The position numbers and the translations under genes were made by a program. 64,000 bases of DNA from Tubulanus polymorphus. Its lineage: Eukaryota; Animalia; Nemertea. The notes beneath the pieces are model-generated. The model did no database searches and was not told the origin of the DNA. It saw nothing but the letters and a program-made list of their open reading frames with translations. Of this stretch, positions 24,200 through 48,484 are shown piece after piece (position 1 is the stretch's first letter; the number at the start of each line of letters is the position of its first letter). Location: assembly GCF_964204645.1 (NCBI RefSeq), contig NC_134026.1:6285950-6349949 (forward strand), written 5' to 3'.

Positions 24200-24680
24200 T
24201 TTCGTCCCCGTACGTGCGGGCCGCCGCCGAGTAAATTTCAGAAGTGTCTGTTTCGGTAAATAGTTGTATTAATGGCGGCTTTAAGTGGTCGCCATTTTGT
24301 ATGAAGGAGTGAATGAACATATTTGAAGTTACTTCAAAAATGCTTTAAAAATGCGTTATCTTGATCTAATATTGAACAAAAATACCTTGATTATATTTTT
24401 CAAATTTAATCATCAACTTGAAACATTTTTAACGTGAAAATATTTGTCAGGATTTAGTTATTCAGTGCGGGATGATATTGGCTGGAGGATGACGTCATGG
24501 GGGTAAGTGCTGAAATTACTGAAAATTTGACGATAATTTCCGCAATTAAAACCGACTTATATCGATTTGAGAATTAGAAATTTACGAGGAGGATCGAAAG
24601 GAATATTTTCAATCTGACGTTAATCCGATAAAACGCCCTTTAATCCATCATCAATGTGACATTAATGCGCATGCGTCTAC
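24200..24680 (+). promoter_or_regulatory. Probable TAO kinase promoter and non-coding first exon
   Basis: GC-rich patch 24210-24230; YY1-like motifs AATGGCGGC (24271) and CGCCATTTTG (24290); CRE TGACGTCA (24490-24497); strong donor GG/GTAAGT at 24502/24503; NRF1-like TGCGCATGCG (24666). Confidence 0.55.
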
Positions 24681-25029
24681 CATAGATCGAAAGATGTGAA
24701 GAATTTTCAGGATTTCCACTGAATTTACTGTAAATTGCTGTTATTTACTGTATTTGCTCTGTGTATGTTTATTTCTATATCTCATTAGTGTTCTTCTCAT
24801 TAATATTGTCTGATACATGAATCTGTGATATTAATTGGTCATTTCATATAGAATTTTGAAGGTGATTTGTAGGCCTGTTTTGTCCTTTCCACTCTATTCT
24901 TACTTCCAAACTGATGACAGTGTCAGTGACAGTTAGGATTCACAACATGATAACCATGATAACATTCAGTTAGAACACATATAGACAAATAGATCCTGGT
25001 AGTAGGCCTTCTGTTTAGTAAGGGGATTG

Positions 25030-25610
25030 GTTTAGTCAATAACCTGACTGGGGTTAGGTTTACAGCCAGTGACCTGACTGTGTGGTTAAGTTTATAGTCA
25101 GTAACCTGACTTGTTTGGTTTAATCAGTTACTGGACTGCTGCAGTCCAGTCAGTAACTAGACTGCCCCTTGTTGGTTTTAGTCAGTATCCAGCCTATGTT
25201 ATAGATTAGTCGGTAACCTGACTACGGTATGTTTTTCGTTTAGTCAATAACTGGACTGCAGTTTGGTTTAGTCAGTAACTAGACTGCGATTAGATTAGTC
25301 AGTATCCCGACTATGTTTTGGTTTAGTAAAAAACTGGACTATGCTTTGGTTTAGTCAATAACCAGACTGCCGCTTGGTTTAGTCAGTCATTGAACTACGT
25401 CAATGTTTCAGTAGGCTTAGTCAGTAACTGGGTGGTTTGGTTTAGTCAGAAACCAGACTGCTGTTTGGCATAGTCAGTAACTGAACTATGTTGCTGTAGG
25501 TCGTCAAACCAGACAGTGGTTTGGACTGCAGTAATTGGACTGCAGTTTGGTTTTGTCAGTAACCGGACTGCGATTAGATTAGATAGTCAGTAGGCTAACT
25601 GGACTGTTTT
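25030..25610. repeat. Degenerate tandem array (period about 29-35 bp) with palindromic core
   Basis: Recurrent TTTAGTCAGTAACTGGACTG..GTTTGG units. Confidence 0.85.
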
Positions 25611-25814
25611 GGTTGAGAAGTGTAGTTAGCGAGACTTTATTTTGTTTTCATATCAAATTCTGAATATGAGAGAAGCATTTAGGCCTATTTTCAGGATTTG
25701 ACTTGTTCACTTTGATAACTAAGACGGGGAGTCAGTATGAAGTCTCTAGTTTTAAGGGAACAAATCTTGTGTTTTATATTGGAATTATTTTCACACATCA
25801 TTGTTGATAACTGT

Positions 25815-26480
25815 TTTAGTAGGTCCTGTGTTTTAGTAGGGCTGGTGTTTTAGAAGGTTCCACATTTTAGTAGGTCCTGTGCTTCAGTAGGTCCTGTGTA
25901 TCAGTAGGTCCTTTGCTTCACCTTTCCTTTGCTTTGTGTTCTACAGTGGAACTTCATTACAGTGAAGTTCACGGGACCAGATAATATGTTCGTCATAACC
26001 GATAGTTTGTTAGGCCCCTATATGATCCAGTATGAAATTAGTTAAACCTTTTTACTTGGGACGAAATTCTATATTTGTTATATCAGATGAATCTTTGTAT
26101 CTGAGTTTGTTATAACGAGGTTCCACTGTGGTAGGTTTTGTGTTTTAGTTGGTCCTGTGTTTTAGAAGGGCAGGTGTTTCAGTAAGACCTGTGCTTCAGT
26201 TTGTGGTAGATTCAATCCATGTTTAAGTAGGTCGGACATTTTAGTAGGTTCTGTGTTTTAGTTGGTCCTGTGTTTTTATGTGTTGTAGGTTCCAAGTTAT
26301 AATAGGTCCGGGGTTTTAGCAGGTTCTGTATATCATTAGGTAGTAGGTTCCAAGTTATAGTAGGTCCTGTGTTTAAGTAGGTTCTGTGTATCAATTGGTA
26401 GTAGGTTCCATGTTTAAGTAGGTACTATGTTTCAGTAGGTCGGGTGTTTTTGTAGGTCCTGTGTTTCAGTACGTTCTGTG
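25815..26480. repeat. Degenerate 19-bp tandem array
   Basis: Recurrent TAGTAGGTCCTGTGTTT; interrupted by the MITE at 25944-26128. Confidence 0.85.
25944..26128. mobile_element. Tc1/mariner-pogo-like MITE
   Basis: TA + CAGTGGAACTTC ... GAGGTTCCACTG + TG (degenerate TA). Confidence 0.7.
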
Positions 26481-26929
26481 TGTCTAAATACAGTAGTACA
26501 TTCATTGTTTACGTGTATTGTGACATTAGTTCGTTACGCTATTCAGCGTTGTTGGTTAATTGTGTTGCTCATTGCTTCGCATTCTTTTTCTTAACAGCAG
26601 TTAATTTTTCTACGAAAACCTGAGTAGAATTTCATTGAAATTCTCATAGCGTACGATGATGATGATAATGATGATGATATGGGTGGAGGAAACATTTCCT
26701 TTAGGCTATCGTTCGGTATTGATTAGTTTTAGTTGTTGTATATCGCGGTAAGATGACTCGTCAGTAGTTACTAGTACATCTATCTATCTTCTATCTATCT
26801 GTCTGTTATTTCTGAAAGTTATACATTCCTGTTTGTTGCTTTATGTTCATCATTCACTAGTAGTATATTCCTACCACACTGCACTCACTGGTGGTGTATT
26901 AGGTAAAGAAACATGTTAGTTTCTACATC

Positions 26930-27170
26930 TCGATCTCCCTCCCTCCCTCCCTTGCTCCCTTCCTCCTTCCCTTGCTCCCTTTCTCCTCCCTTGCTCCCTT
27001 CCTCCCTCCCTTGCTCCCTTCCTCCCTTCCTTGCTCCCTTCCTCCCTTGCTCCTTCCTCCCTTGCTCCCTTCTTCCCTACCTTGCTCCTTTCCTCTCTCC
27101 CTTGCTCCCTTCCTCCCTCCCTTGCTCCCTTGCTCCCTTCCTCCCTCTCTTCCTCCCTCCCTCCCTCTGT
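26930..27170. repeat. Pyrimidine-rich minisatellite (CCCTTGCTCCCTTCCT)n
   Basis: Visible directly; the three overlapping ORFs here are artefacts. Confidence 0.9.
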
Positions 27171-27843
27171 CTCTATGCATTGACAATTTTTAATATGAAA
27201 CCTATCATCTTTTCTCCGCTGATACTAAGAATACGGTCGTCCCTATTTTATAAAGCTTTTAATGGAAAACATCTTTTCGCGAGACGCCTTTGTTATATAC
27301 ACTATTAGTGAATTGTGACATGTCGTTTAAAGGGAAGTTTTATCTATTTCAGACACTGCGTTATCTTTGATGATAAGTGTTAACTATCTGATAACGTCTG
27401 AAGTTCGAAAAAACCCAAATAACATTTCGAATATTCACTCGCTTTCTATGGCGCGATGAAGCCTTACCAATTTGTTTCTTCGTTGTTGGGGATAAGTTCC
27501 CCTAAAATTCTGGGTTTCTGCCCTGAAACCCTAAAATTTCCTACAGATTTTTAAATGTTGTGATTCTTAAGCTATATTTTGACAATATTCCAGCTTTGTG
27601 TTTGGAGGGCAACTACTAGTATAGTAAACAAGTGACCTCTAAAATGTCTATGACGAAACCCGTGAAATACCCAAATTTTCGGATAACTGTTCAACGATTC
27701 AAAACTCATTAGTTAAAAGCTGAATTATGTTCTCTATTTTTCAGCTCATTTTCAACGCGAAATTCTAACGGACGATACCAGATGAATATAAAACGCCGTG
27801 TCGAGAGATAGAACGCTAACGTGTTACCACGACGACTGCGACA

Positions 27844-39803
<11,960 letters not shown>

Positions 39804-42260
39804 CGCCGCATTCTTCTCGACGCGCGATGCCAAAATATATTAACAAACATTAAAAAAAAAAAACAAACATTTATCAATATGAGAAATAACGATATTACGA
39901 TATGATAGAATTGTACAGTTTCATATGAATGAGTGAGTTAGAGTCAGATTATATTTTAGATATCACTCTGTCGCTGGTGATTGATTCGTTGATTGATTAT
40001 GTGCAGTTCAGACGTATATTTTTAACATTGGTCGTCGCTCAATTTTAGGATATTCTGCATTTGTTTTTCTTCTGTAACTTGATGGAAATTGCTAGGGTGA
40101 ATTCGTGGCCAGTCGGACCCACATCTATAGTTGCGGGTTTGACTCTAAACTCAGTTCCGCAGTTGCATCAATTTGACTTCAGCAGTTATTGTAGTTGCTG
40201 TTCATTTTCGCGCACTACCCAGTTGCTACTACGAGTTATCTCAATAGAGAGCTAATGCGTAGTCAGCCATTGTTCAAAATTGAGACTACAGCAGAGTTAG
40301 TTCACGTTGCCAGCCAATCGGGAACTGTGTCATTCCAATGCCAGCTTGCAAAGATCAGATAACCGGGCAGTTGCCCCATAGGAATTTTTGAAAGTACTCT
40401 TTTTGCAAATAATATTGTTATAACCAATGAGAATTTAATGTTGCATCCTTCACTTGGGATCGGCAAGCATTTTGTTATAGTCAAGAGTTTTTGATAGGGC
40501 ATAAAAAAAAATCGTTATATGGGTTGTTGACTTTGGGTAACTGCCTTTTTTTGGATTTCTCCGACTCCCAACATTCAAATGCTAGGTACGACTCATAGTG
40601 ACAATGATGGCAGAACTGGAAGTGAATGTGTCAAGTTGAACTGTGTTACAACAATTTTCACTCATGAAGTTCTCTAAATCTTTCGGCGAAGTCGAATCCG
40701 TTTTAACTAGGAATATTTTTCACGTGCAACTGAGCCACAAAGTGTTTTTAACGGTTACTTAAGTTCTATATATTTATTTCATATTTTTTTAAGCAGTTTC
40801 CGAGCGTTGAAACTGTTGTAATTTTTTTAAAAAAAAGTAAACAATACGTATTTGCTCATTGTTAGGACGTTATTCTTGGAATATATTTTAACAGTAGCAG
40901 CAGAGACCTTAATCTCGCTACCTTTATCCAATAATCAATAATTGTAAATGAAAATATTTAAACGGATATTATTGATTAATTAGTTACTGAATTAGTTATT
41001 AGTAATTCAAGAATTGTGTAGAGTTCAAACAACTCAAGAAAATTCACCTGTGAGTTTGTACAGAAAAAGATTGTTACCTTGTAAATACAGTGTATTATAT
41101 ATATTACTAGTGTAATATATTGTTATCATTATAATGCTGCTTCACAATCTCCACCCCCTCTCTCTCCTCTCTATGTATATCTGTACCTCTCATCCATTTC
41201 ATCTCCACAATTATTGAATGTCATCAGCTAAATTTTGAGAAACTATCGACAAGTCATCAACGTTGTGCCTGCACTCGTTACCTGTAACAGTCCTGAAAAT
41301 GTCCACCGATTGTCAGGAACAGTCTCTGAAAATGGGCAACGTCCCCTGATTATCAGGAAGTCCCTGAAAATGGTTAATGTCCCCTGATTGTCAGGAAAAG
41401 TCTCTGAAAATTGTTTACTGTCCCTCAAATGAAAGGACTATCCCAAAACATAGTCCAACCCCTGCATCAATAGTTTATTTCTGTGTCTTAATTCATTTGT
41501 TCCGTAGTTTCATGTTGATTTACAGTGCGTTCCACATTCCATTAATAGTAATATTTATATTGATGTGATATTCATTGCTCGTCGATGTGAAATCTGAGTG
41601 AGATTTATTTGAAATGAAACGAAATTTGATATTGATTATGTGATATTCATTGCTCATCGATATGAAATCTGAGTGAGATTTATTTGAAATGAAACAAAAT
41701 TTGATATAATTGTACTACATCGTATGCATCTACTGCAGTATAGACTGTTCTTCGAAATACTGCCGGGGCATTTCATTATATAGCCCAATTCATCAGAGTT
41801 ATCAATATTCATATTCAGGTACACTAAAAAAGAGCCAAGAGATATTTTGAATAGAGGCAGCTGCCATAAATAGAGTACATGTGTGTGGATATGGTAATAA
41901 CTGATCCAGTTGTGCACGTATTTTTCACTGATGTGTCATAATTGGATGAAATGCAGTTATCGCGATTTATCAACTACATGTATGCCCTAACTTCTATAGT
42001 TCCAAAATAGTGAGCAACAATTGAGCACGATCACTGAACTAGTGAACTGCCCTGTTTCTGTCGTAGCTGATGACATTCATTAATTTCATTGTCATGTTTA
42101 GAAACAGCTTCAATCGCGACCACCTTTTATTTACTATTCATGTATTCATAAACAGGATGGTGGTGATCAAAGTATTGTATATAGAAACTTAGAAAAGAAA
42201 TAATCTGTATTCGAATACAGTTTGTATCAGTATTTTACTCGGAATAAATACCGTAAATCA
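39804..42260 (+). other. Probable long 3' UTR of TAO kinase
   Basis: AU-rich with no convincing exon; AATAAA at 42243-42248; contains a repeat of about 38-bp period (41290-41425) and a tandem duplication of about 75 bp (41561-41707). Confidence 0.5.
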
Positions 42261-43269
42261 CAGCAATCTTGTCAGGTACATTTTAAATGGTTTTCTACGC
42301 AGCGCTGTTCAGCCTCTCTGCTTTACGTTTGCCCTGGATTAGAATCGAAGTTGTTATTGTAAAATTGTAATTGACAGAGTTAAGGGGTCACAGTTGCTCG
42401 AAATTTGATTGAAATTATCCCTCATGATATTGCAGTCAAACATTATTAAGACCTCATCTGATAAGTCGTTGCATTACTGAATTTATCTCTATTTTGTGTC
42501 CCAATTTCTATTTCTGATTCAATTTACCTACAAGTGTAATTCCTCATTTCCAAGGATGTGTTTTAACCAATTTTGAGTGACCTCTGGTTCAGGTTTCTGT
42601 GGAAATGAAATTGAACATATTGCAATTCTCAAGTAATGGGTAAGCCTACTTGGCGAAACAAATTTGTCCTTGCTCTGATATTGGCCTCCGAACTTGAAAT
42701 TCATGTTTCTGAATGTCAAGGACAGCTCAATTGTTTAATTTCCACAAGCAGTTTGGAAGTAAGCCTATAAGTAACTCTCAGTCTAAGATAGGGCCAAACT
42801 GATCATTTGTTAAACTAAGTTTTTTTTATGTATAGGTCACAGTAACTACTGCTACTGTGAGCCTTTTATTTATTGTAAGTTGATTTTATCATCCACCCGG
42901 CCGGGCGGGCAGGGTGTCAGTCAGTTTTATAGAATTATTTTGCATCTAGGATCAGATGTAAAGATCATCACAGCAGGAGGTGTTTATATTATTTGAAATA
43001 AGTGAACAGTGCTTCTCCGTGTAAATGTATGATTTATCACACCCATATATTGTTTAATATGGAACGCTCATTTGTAGACCATCCCCTCTTCAAATAAAAC
43101 AAATAATAATAAATTGATTTCAACAATTAGTTGTTCAATATCTTTTTTGTGAAGTTTATCGCTGTAACGCATTTTTGACATGTCATATTGGCCATCTATA
43201 TTTGGTAAGACTAAAAACTGGATGTGACGTCCAATCGAAGTCTTTTCGTTCACAGAGACGCAAACTTTT

Positions 43270-44250
43270 TGATTACGATTACGATTTATTTACACTCCAA
43301 CCATTTCCATGGTATATGGAGGAAAACTATTACACATGTATATACAAATATTTTCAAAACAACACTGAAGTGATTAAAATTTAGAGAATGAAAACGTAAC
43401 GAAATATATATATACATCAACTATTTACAATACTATATATACTATTATATACATCAACTATTTACAATACTATATATACTATTGGAGGGATCTATATACA
43501 TCTAAGCCGGTCTTAATGAATTTAGCTAAGTTGACCGTTGGGTTTTTCAGAGGTATATCAAGGGTATTTAAGGTATTCAAATTCAAAAAGTTTTTGCGTT
43601 GTTCGTTAAGTAAGGTACAGTCAAACAGAAAATGGGATTCGTCACCTAAAGTATTACAAGTGGGGCATATTCTATCGGCTCTGTCTAAATGAAGGTTTGA
43701 AAATTTGTTCACAGGTAAAATATAGGACCCCACCCTAAATTCAAATAAACTAGTTCCTAAGTCATCACCAAGTTCTATTATATACTTCTCTAACCTAATA
43801 TCATTTTTATATTGCCTAAAGTTAGTGTATATCGGATTAGTATTTATGGCAGATACAGTTTCTTGAAGGTGCTGGTCACGGAGTATCTGTTTTATTCGTT
43901 TTGAAAAAGATTTACTGTTAGTCATGAATTGCTGCGTCCAAATGCAGGACAAACCACAGTCATCAAACGTTTTCTTTATATATGATAACCAAGGGCTCTT
44001 AAATTTATCCCTTAAAAATAAATTGAAAGATATTTTATAGAGTATTGAATTAAGTTTGGTTTGCTTTCCAGATACTGTTTTAACCCAAAAGTTAATCATC
44101 CTGCGTCTAACATCTATATTCAAAGGGTAACGTCCTAGCTCTGATAAAACTTGTAAGTTGCGAGAATATTTCGTCACTTTCATTAAGATTTTACAGAAGA
44201 AGCAATGAATATTTTCTAATAAATCAAGATTTTTGTATCCCCAGATCTCA
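43270..44250 (-). mobile_element. 5'-truncated non-LTR retrotransposon (LINE; RTE-X/CR1-group-like ORF2 C-terminus, 3' UTR and microsatellite tail)
   Basis: ORF 43479-44264: EIWG..ELGRYP..NFW..PWL..LFEFRVG..LP..CPTCNTLGDESHFLFDC (terminal C2HC motif); minus-strand AATAAA then (TCGTAA)2 tail at about 43270-43290. No RT catalytic core present. Confidence 0.85.
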
Positions 44251-44305
44251 CTTGGTGGCAGCACTGTACGGTCACCTAGCGGAATTTCTGTGAACTAATG
44301 TAATA
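44251..44305 (+). mobile_element. Dispersed repeat (GTGGCAGCAC..GGTCACCTAGCGG family), right half of a copy split by the LINE
   Basis: Matches 57445-57491 directly and 57645-57750 inverted; its left half is at about 43220-43268. Confidence 0.7.
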
Positions 44306-46089
44306 GCAGGCTAGCTAGCGCGCGGCTGTGAACGACTATCTGACGGTGCCTCGCTCTGTCAAAATGAATTTTCTTATTGGCTTCCGAATTGGCTTCCGAA
44401 TAGATTTTTAACGGTCAATCACGAGCGAACCAAGGGATTATCAATATATTCAATACCTGCCGTACAATTTATATTTACCTTGTCGAATTTAAAAATAAAG
44501 AAACGTATAAAGACCAGAATCAAAATGGGTTTTTTCATTAAGTGAGACTCCGATAGCAATGCGGTAAATGTGGAAAGATTTAACCCTATGTTACAGTAGG
44601 CCTAGTGTTGTTTTGCAATAATTATAATGTGCAACTAATAGTTAATATTTTCGATAAAGCATAATTATTACCCCAGGTGCCACCTATCTAAATTAATACT
44701 AGCAAAACTGGACGATTTAGTTTCCTGCCCCGATTCTAATTTCGGTTCGAAATTAAAAGAGTTGGATCTAGAACAATCGGGGCGAGCACCCACACTGTCA
44801 GAAATAATTTGAAACGCTTCCTACGATAATGCCGACATCTTCTCGATTTCCGACCTCGGAGGCCAAAATGTAAAACACAAACTCCGCTAATTCTATGCAG
44901 ATTGAACATCAACTCGTGTGTTTTTCTACCATGGACAACACCGCGAGTTGACATTCACATAGTCAGAGTCCGTATCTATTTCCGCTGCTCGCTTAACGCC
45001 CATTATGTTTACAGAAGACAAATTTGATCTAACTGAAATTCAATGAAAATACCATTCTTTCATCGCCAATTTCGTAGAAGCACCATGTTTTCTTCTGGTC
45101 CCAACAGCGGCATTATAGAGGACTTTTACTGAATACCCCCTTGTCTCCTTCGAGAACGATGCATAGACATGTGACCACCGTCTTATACACGTATTTCTAT
45201 TTCTGTTATAAACAAATGCAAGCTTAGGTCCAAAGGTCATAGCACTGATAATGCAATACGCATATAGAATAACAGCGATATTTAATGGTGATCAATAATA
45301 ACGATTGACAAGTTTTGACCCCTATGAGTTACCTACAAAAAAAACAAACATTTATTTCCTTTTGTGGATCATTTTGTATCATATAACACGACGGGAAGAT
45401 TTTCCCCGACATATCAAATAAGGAATAAATTCATTTCTAATTCTGACGTGCGGGAAAATGATAAGAGCAAAGGGTATAAGTGAGACCAAGGACTATCAGG
45501 GTTACTATCCAAACTGGCTGAAACCGGAGAGCAGACTCGTGGGTGGAAACTTTAGTTAGCTCAATGATGTTCGGGGAGCGGTTGGCTTCTACTTGTATTA
45601 CATACGTTGAAAAAAGCCAATTTAAATCTAACAAACAACTCGTCTCACTTTTTCTAGAATATCCGGATTTTAATTCAGATTCCCGGCACACCTTTCACAC
45701 GAATTAAATTGACCCAGCTGTCTGCTTGAGGCGGTGAAAAAGGACACGTATCGAATTTTCTTCGTCATTCATATTCATCGTTCAAGAGAGTTTGTAGTTG
45801 CCACTTAAGACTTGGCTATATCGAAATTCTCCAAACTATAATAATCTACATGTTCCGTTGTGAGTTGACTCGTGTCTTTTGAATTTCTAATTCCATCATA
45901 ATAAACATAAAAGCAGTTGATCATCCCTGAGACTGTTACAGGTCATCGCCGGATCCTTTATATCTTCGGCATCTTCACTCCCCCATTCTTCAAATCATCT
46001 TCCCTCGTTACAACGGACATTCTAGAAAAAAAGAATATGAGAAATGTTAAGAAAATGTATACACGCAACAACCATAACCACACGACTTT

Positions 46090-46150
46090 CCCCAAGGCTC
46101 GAACCTGGAAATGAAGCATTTCATATAGCAACTATACCACGCAGAGCTCC
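46090..46150 (-). mobile_element. tRNA-derived SINE head (degenerate)
   Basis: Minus strand GGAGCTCTGCGTGGTATAGTTG...CCAGGTTCGAGCCTT: A-box and B-box (GGTTCGAGCC). Confidence 0.45.
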
Positions 46151-47457
46151 CACAGGGGGCATAGTTTTTAAGTTTGTAGAAAGTGTTCATTGTGGATGAT
46201 AGAATAGATTACGGTTTTGTGTTCTTTTCGACGTGCACCACGATATTTTTACTCAATCGGGTGTCATCCCAGGTCGATGTTTTTGTTTATATTTCCTCTA
46301 AACTCTCGATTCATTCCAGAAAAAGCCATGGGAAGGTCAACAGTGGTATCTGCTGTAATAAACCGCTCCTCAACTTCACTGAGATGCCGGTGTAAATGTC
46401 TAAAAATGAACAACATCATTGATCCGCCAACGATAAATGTCAGTTGCTGTGTCAGAGTGAAGTGGGGGAGACTATCCCAGAAAAAGTGATCCAGATTTGC
46501 CTCGTGTGAAATTGAATATTCATGAATGTGATTCTATCAGATTAGTCAATTCTCTTTACTCTGTGGTTCTTATCAATTCTATCAATAATTCATCAATGCG
46601 ACATTTAAAAATGTGTACCGTACTAAGTTTTCTCCACATCTTATCCAAGTTAAGTAAGTGACTTTTAGGTGAAGCAGTTGGATTTGTCTTTCTGATTTGA
46701 AACAACACGACTGGATAACTATGAAGCACTCTTTCGGGCTGCAAGGATTACGATACCTCCAATAAGAATGAGACAATTATTTAGTTCGACGTTTCAGAAT
46801 ACTCTCATCTTCAGCATTCCTTAAAATGACTTTTAGGATATAGTCGAAAGGTCGAATATGCTATGAGTTCAAGGGAATATTTCAGACTCATATTTTTCAT
46901 TCTTCGGGGAATTTATTTCCAAATAAACTGCGAGCTCAACGAATCATTTTGGATTTATCTTTCATTATTAGCGCGGGATTCAATATATAATCACGACCAT
47001 GGAAATATAGTCGTTTGCGTTAACCATCGTATGTAAGAAAACCCCTCGAATTAAGAATGTCCTTAGAATGTGTTCCTAATTGAAGAACGATATAATCTGA
47101 AGGGAAATCTTAGAATATATACTAAAGGTGAAAGGAGATTGTAAGAGATAGCTGTTAATGGTTATATTCCTTTAGCTAAGGATCTACCCAATCAATAGAA
47201 AAAGGAATTTTACGTATAGCACGTTGGGTCTTGTTTGTCAATTTGTTTCTGAAGTAATTTTGTATCTATTTCTATATATTCATTTCAAGTTGCTACGGTT
47301 TCTTCTCTCAGCAAGGTACGGCCTCAGTTTACGATTGTTCGAGCATGCGTCACAATAACGTCATCGACAACGAGCCAATCAGGCATGTTCTCCATATAGA
47401 AGGACACATGGCTAACCATTGGCCAAACTCTTAAACCAGGAACCTCTATAAATTGAC

Positions 47458-47492
47458 CAGGGAAGTGTAATGGGTGTCATTACACTTCCCTG
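47458..47492. repeat. Perfect 15-bp-stem hairpin
   Basis: CAGGGAAGTGTAATG-ggtgt-CATTACACTTCCCTG. Confidence 0.9.
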
Positions 47493-48484
47493 ACTTTACA
47501 TAGGAACAGTAATTACTGGTCCTGATGATCGAAACATAATGATATTGAAATGTATTTATGATAATAAAACATTGTCAAAAAGTATAAAGATATAAGTAAG
47601 ATAAGATACTTGATGAATATATCAGTTTTATTCTTTGATTCGATTGTTTGATGGTATTTCTTTATCACACGTGTGTGCTGTTAACCCTCGTGGTGCACTC
47701 GCCCGGCACGCCGCCTAAAACATTCCTGCATTTCAAATCATGTGAAGTTTTTTTGTTGAAACACAATACAACACATACAAAGAATGTCTATATGTGTTAT
47801 TAAAGGGCTTGTCGTGTCTTTTTATGATTTATTTTCCAGTTCAATGTCATTGTCATATCTAAGGAAAAGTCTCTGCCCCCGCGTGGTGGCTGAAGCGTGA
47901 GAAAAATGTTTCAGCGAAGCAAATGCTACGTGCATGACCAAAATGTTACCCGTTCCTATATCTCTGTTCTATTATTCTAAACGAAATCAAGATGATATCC
48001 CAAAGGTTGTATATCTCACCAAGGTAAACGCGCAATCGGATTTATATCGTGTTTCGTCGAGGTTCCGCCCGCCCGCATGCTCTCTTCCCAGATCACGTGA
48101 TGCGAGAACGCGTCAAGGATTAATCGGTTTAATTGGATGAACCAACTCGCCAACGCCGACTCGCCGAGGTGTATTTATATTCGGTGCGATAAAAGCAAAC
48201 GACAGTTCATTCATTCTTAGAGAGAGACGCCGGAGAGCTTCCTGTAGATCGGGGGTCGACTGCCACACCAGTACTACGCATAGTTTTTAATTGTTCTAAA
48301 CGCGAGACAATTTATTCGAAAAACACGTCTGCAATGCCATATGTATTTTAATGGTTTTCTAATGTCTGTACTGTCGTAGTTATTTGGATTAAACTGACAC
48401 AAGCGCCGGCGGCGGCCAGATCAACTTCTCTCATTCATATTAACTATACTTCACTTATATATAATTCACTCGCGGTGATTAACA

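Noticed and set aside
26913-27308. Pro/Leu/Ser-rich and Gly/Arg-rich ORFs
   Set aside because: Translations of a CT minisatellite.
47521-47536. CTGATGA-TC-GAAAC hammerhead core
   Set aside because: No stem II and no stem I/III pairing.
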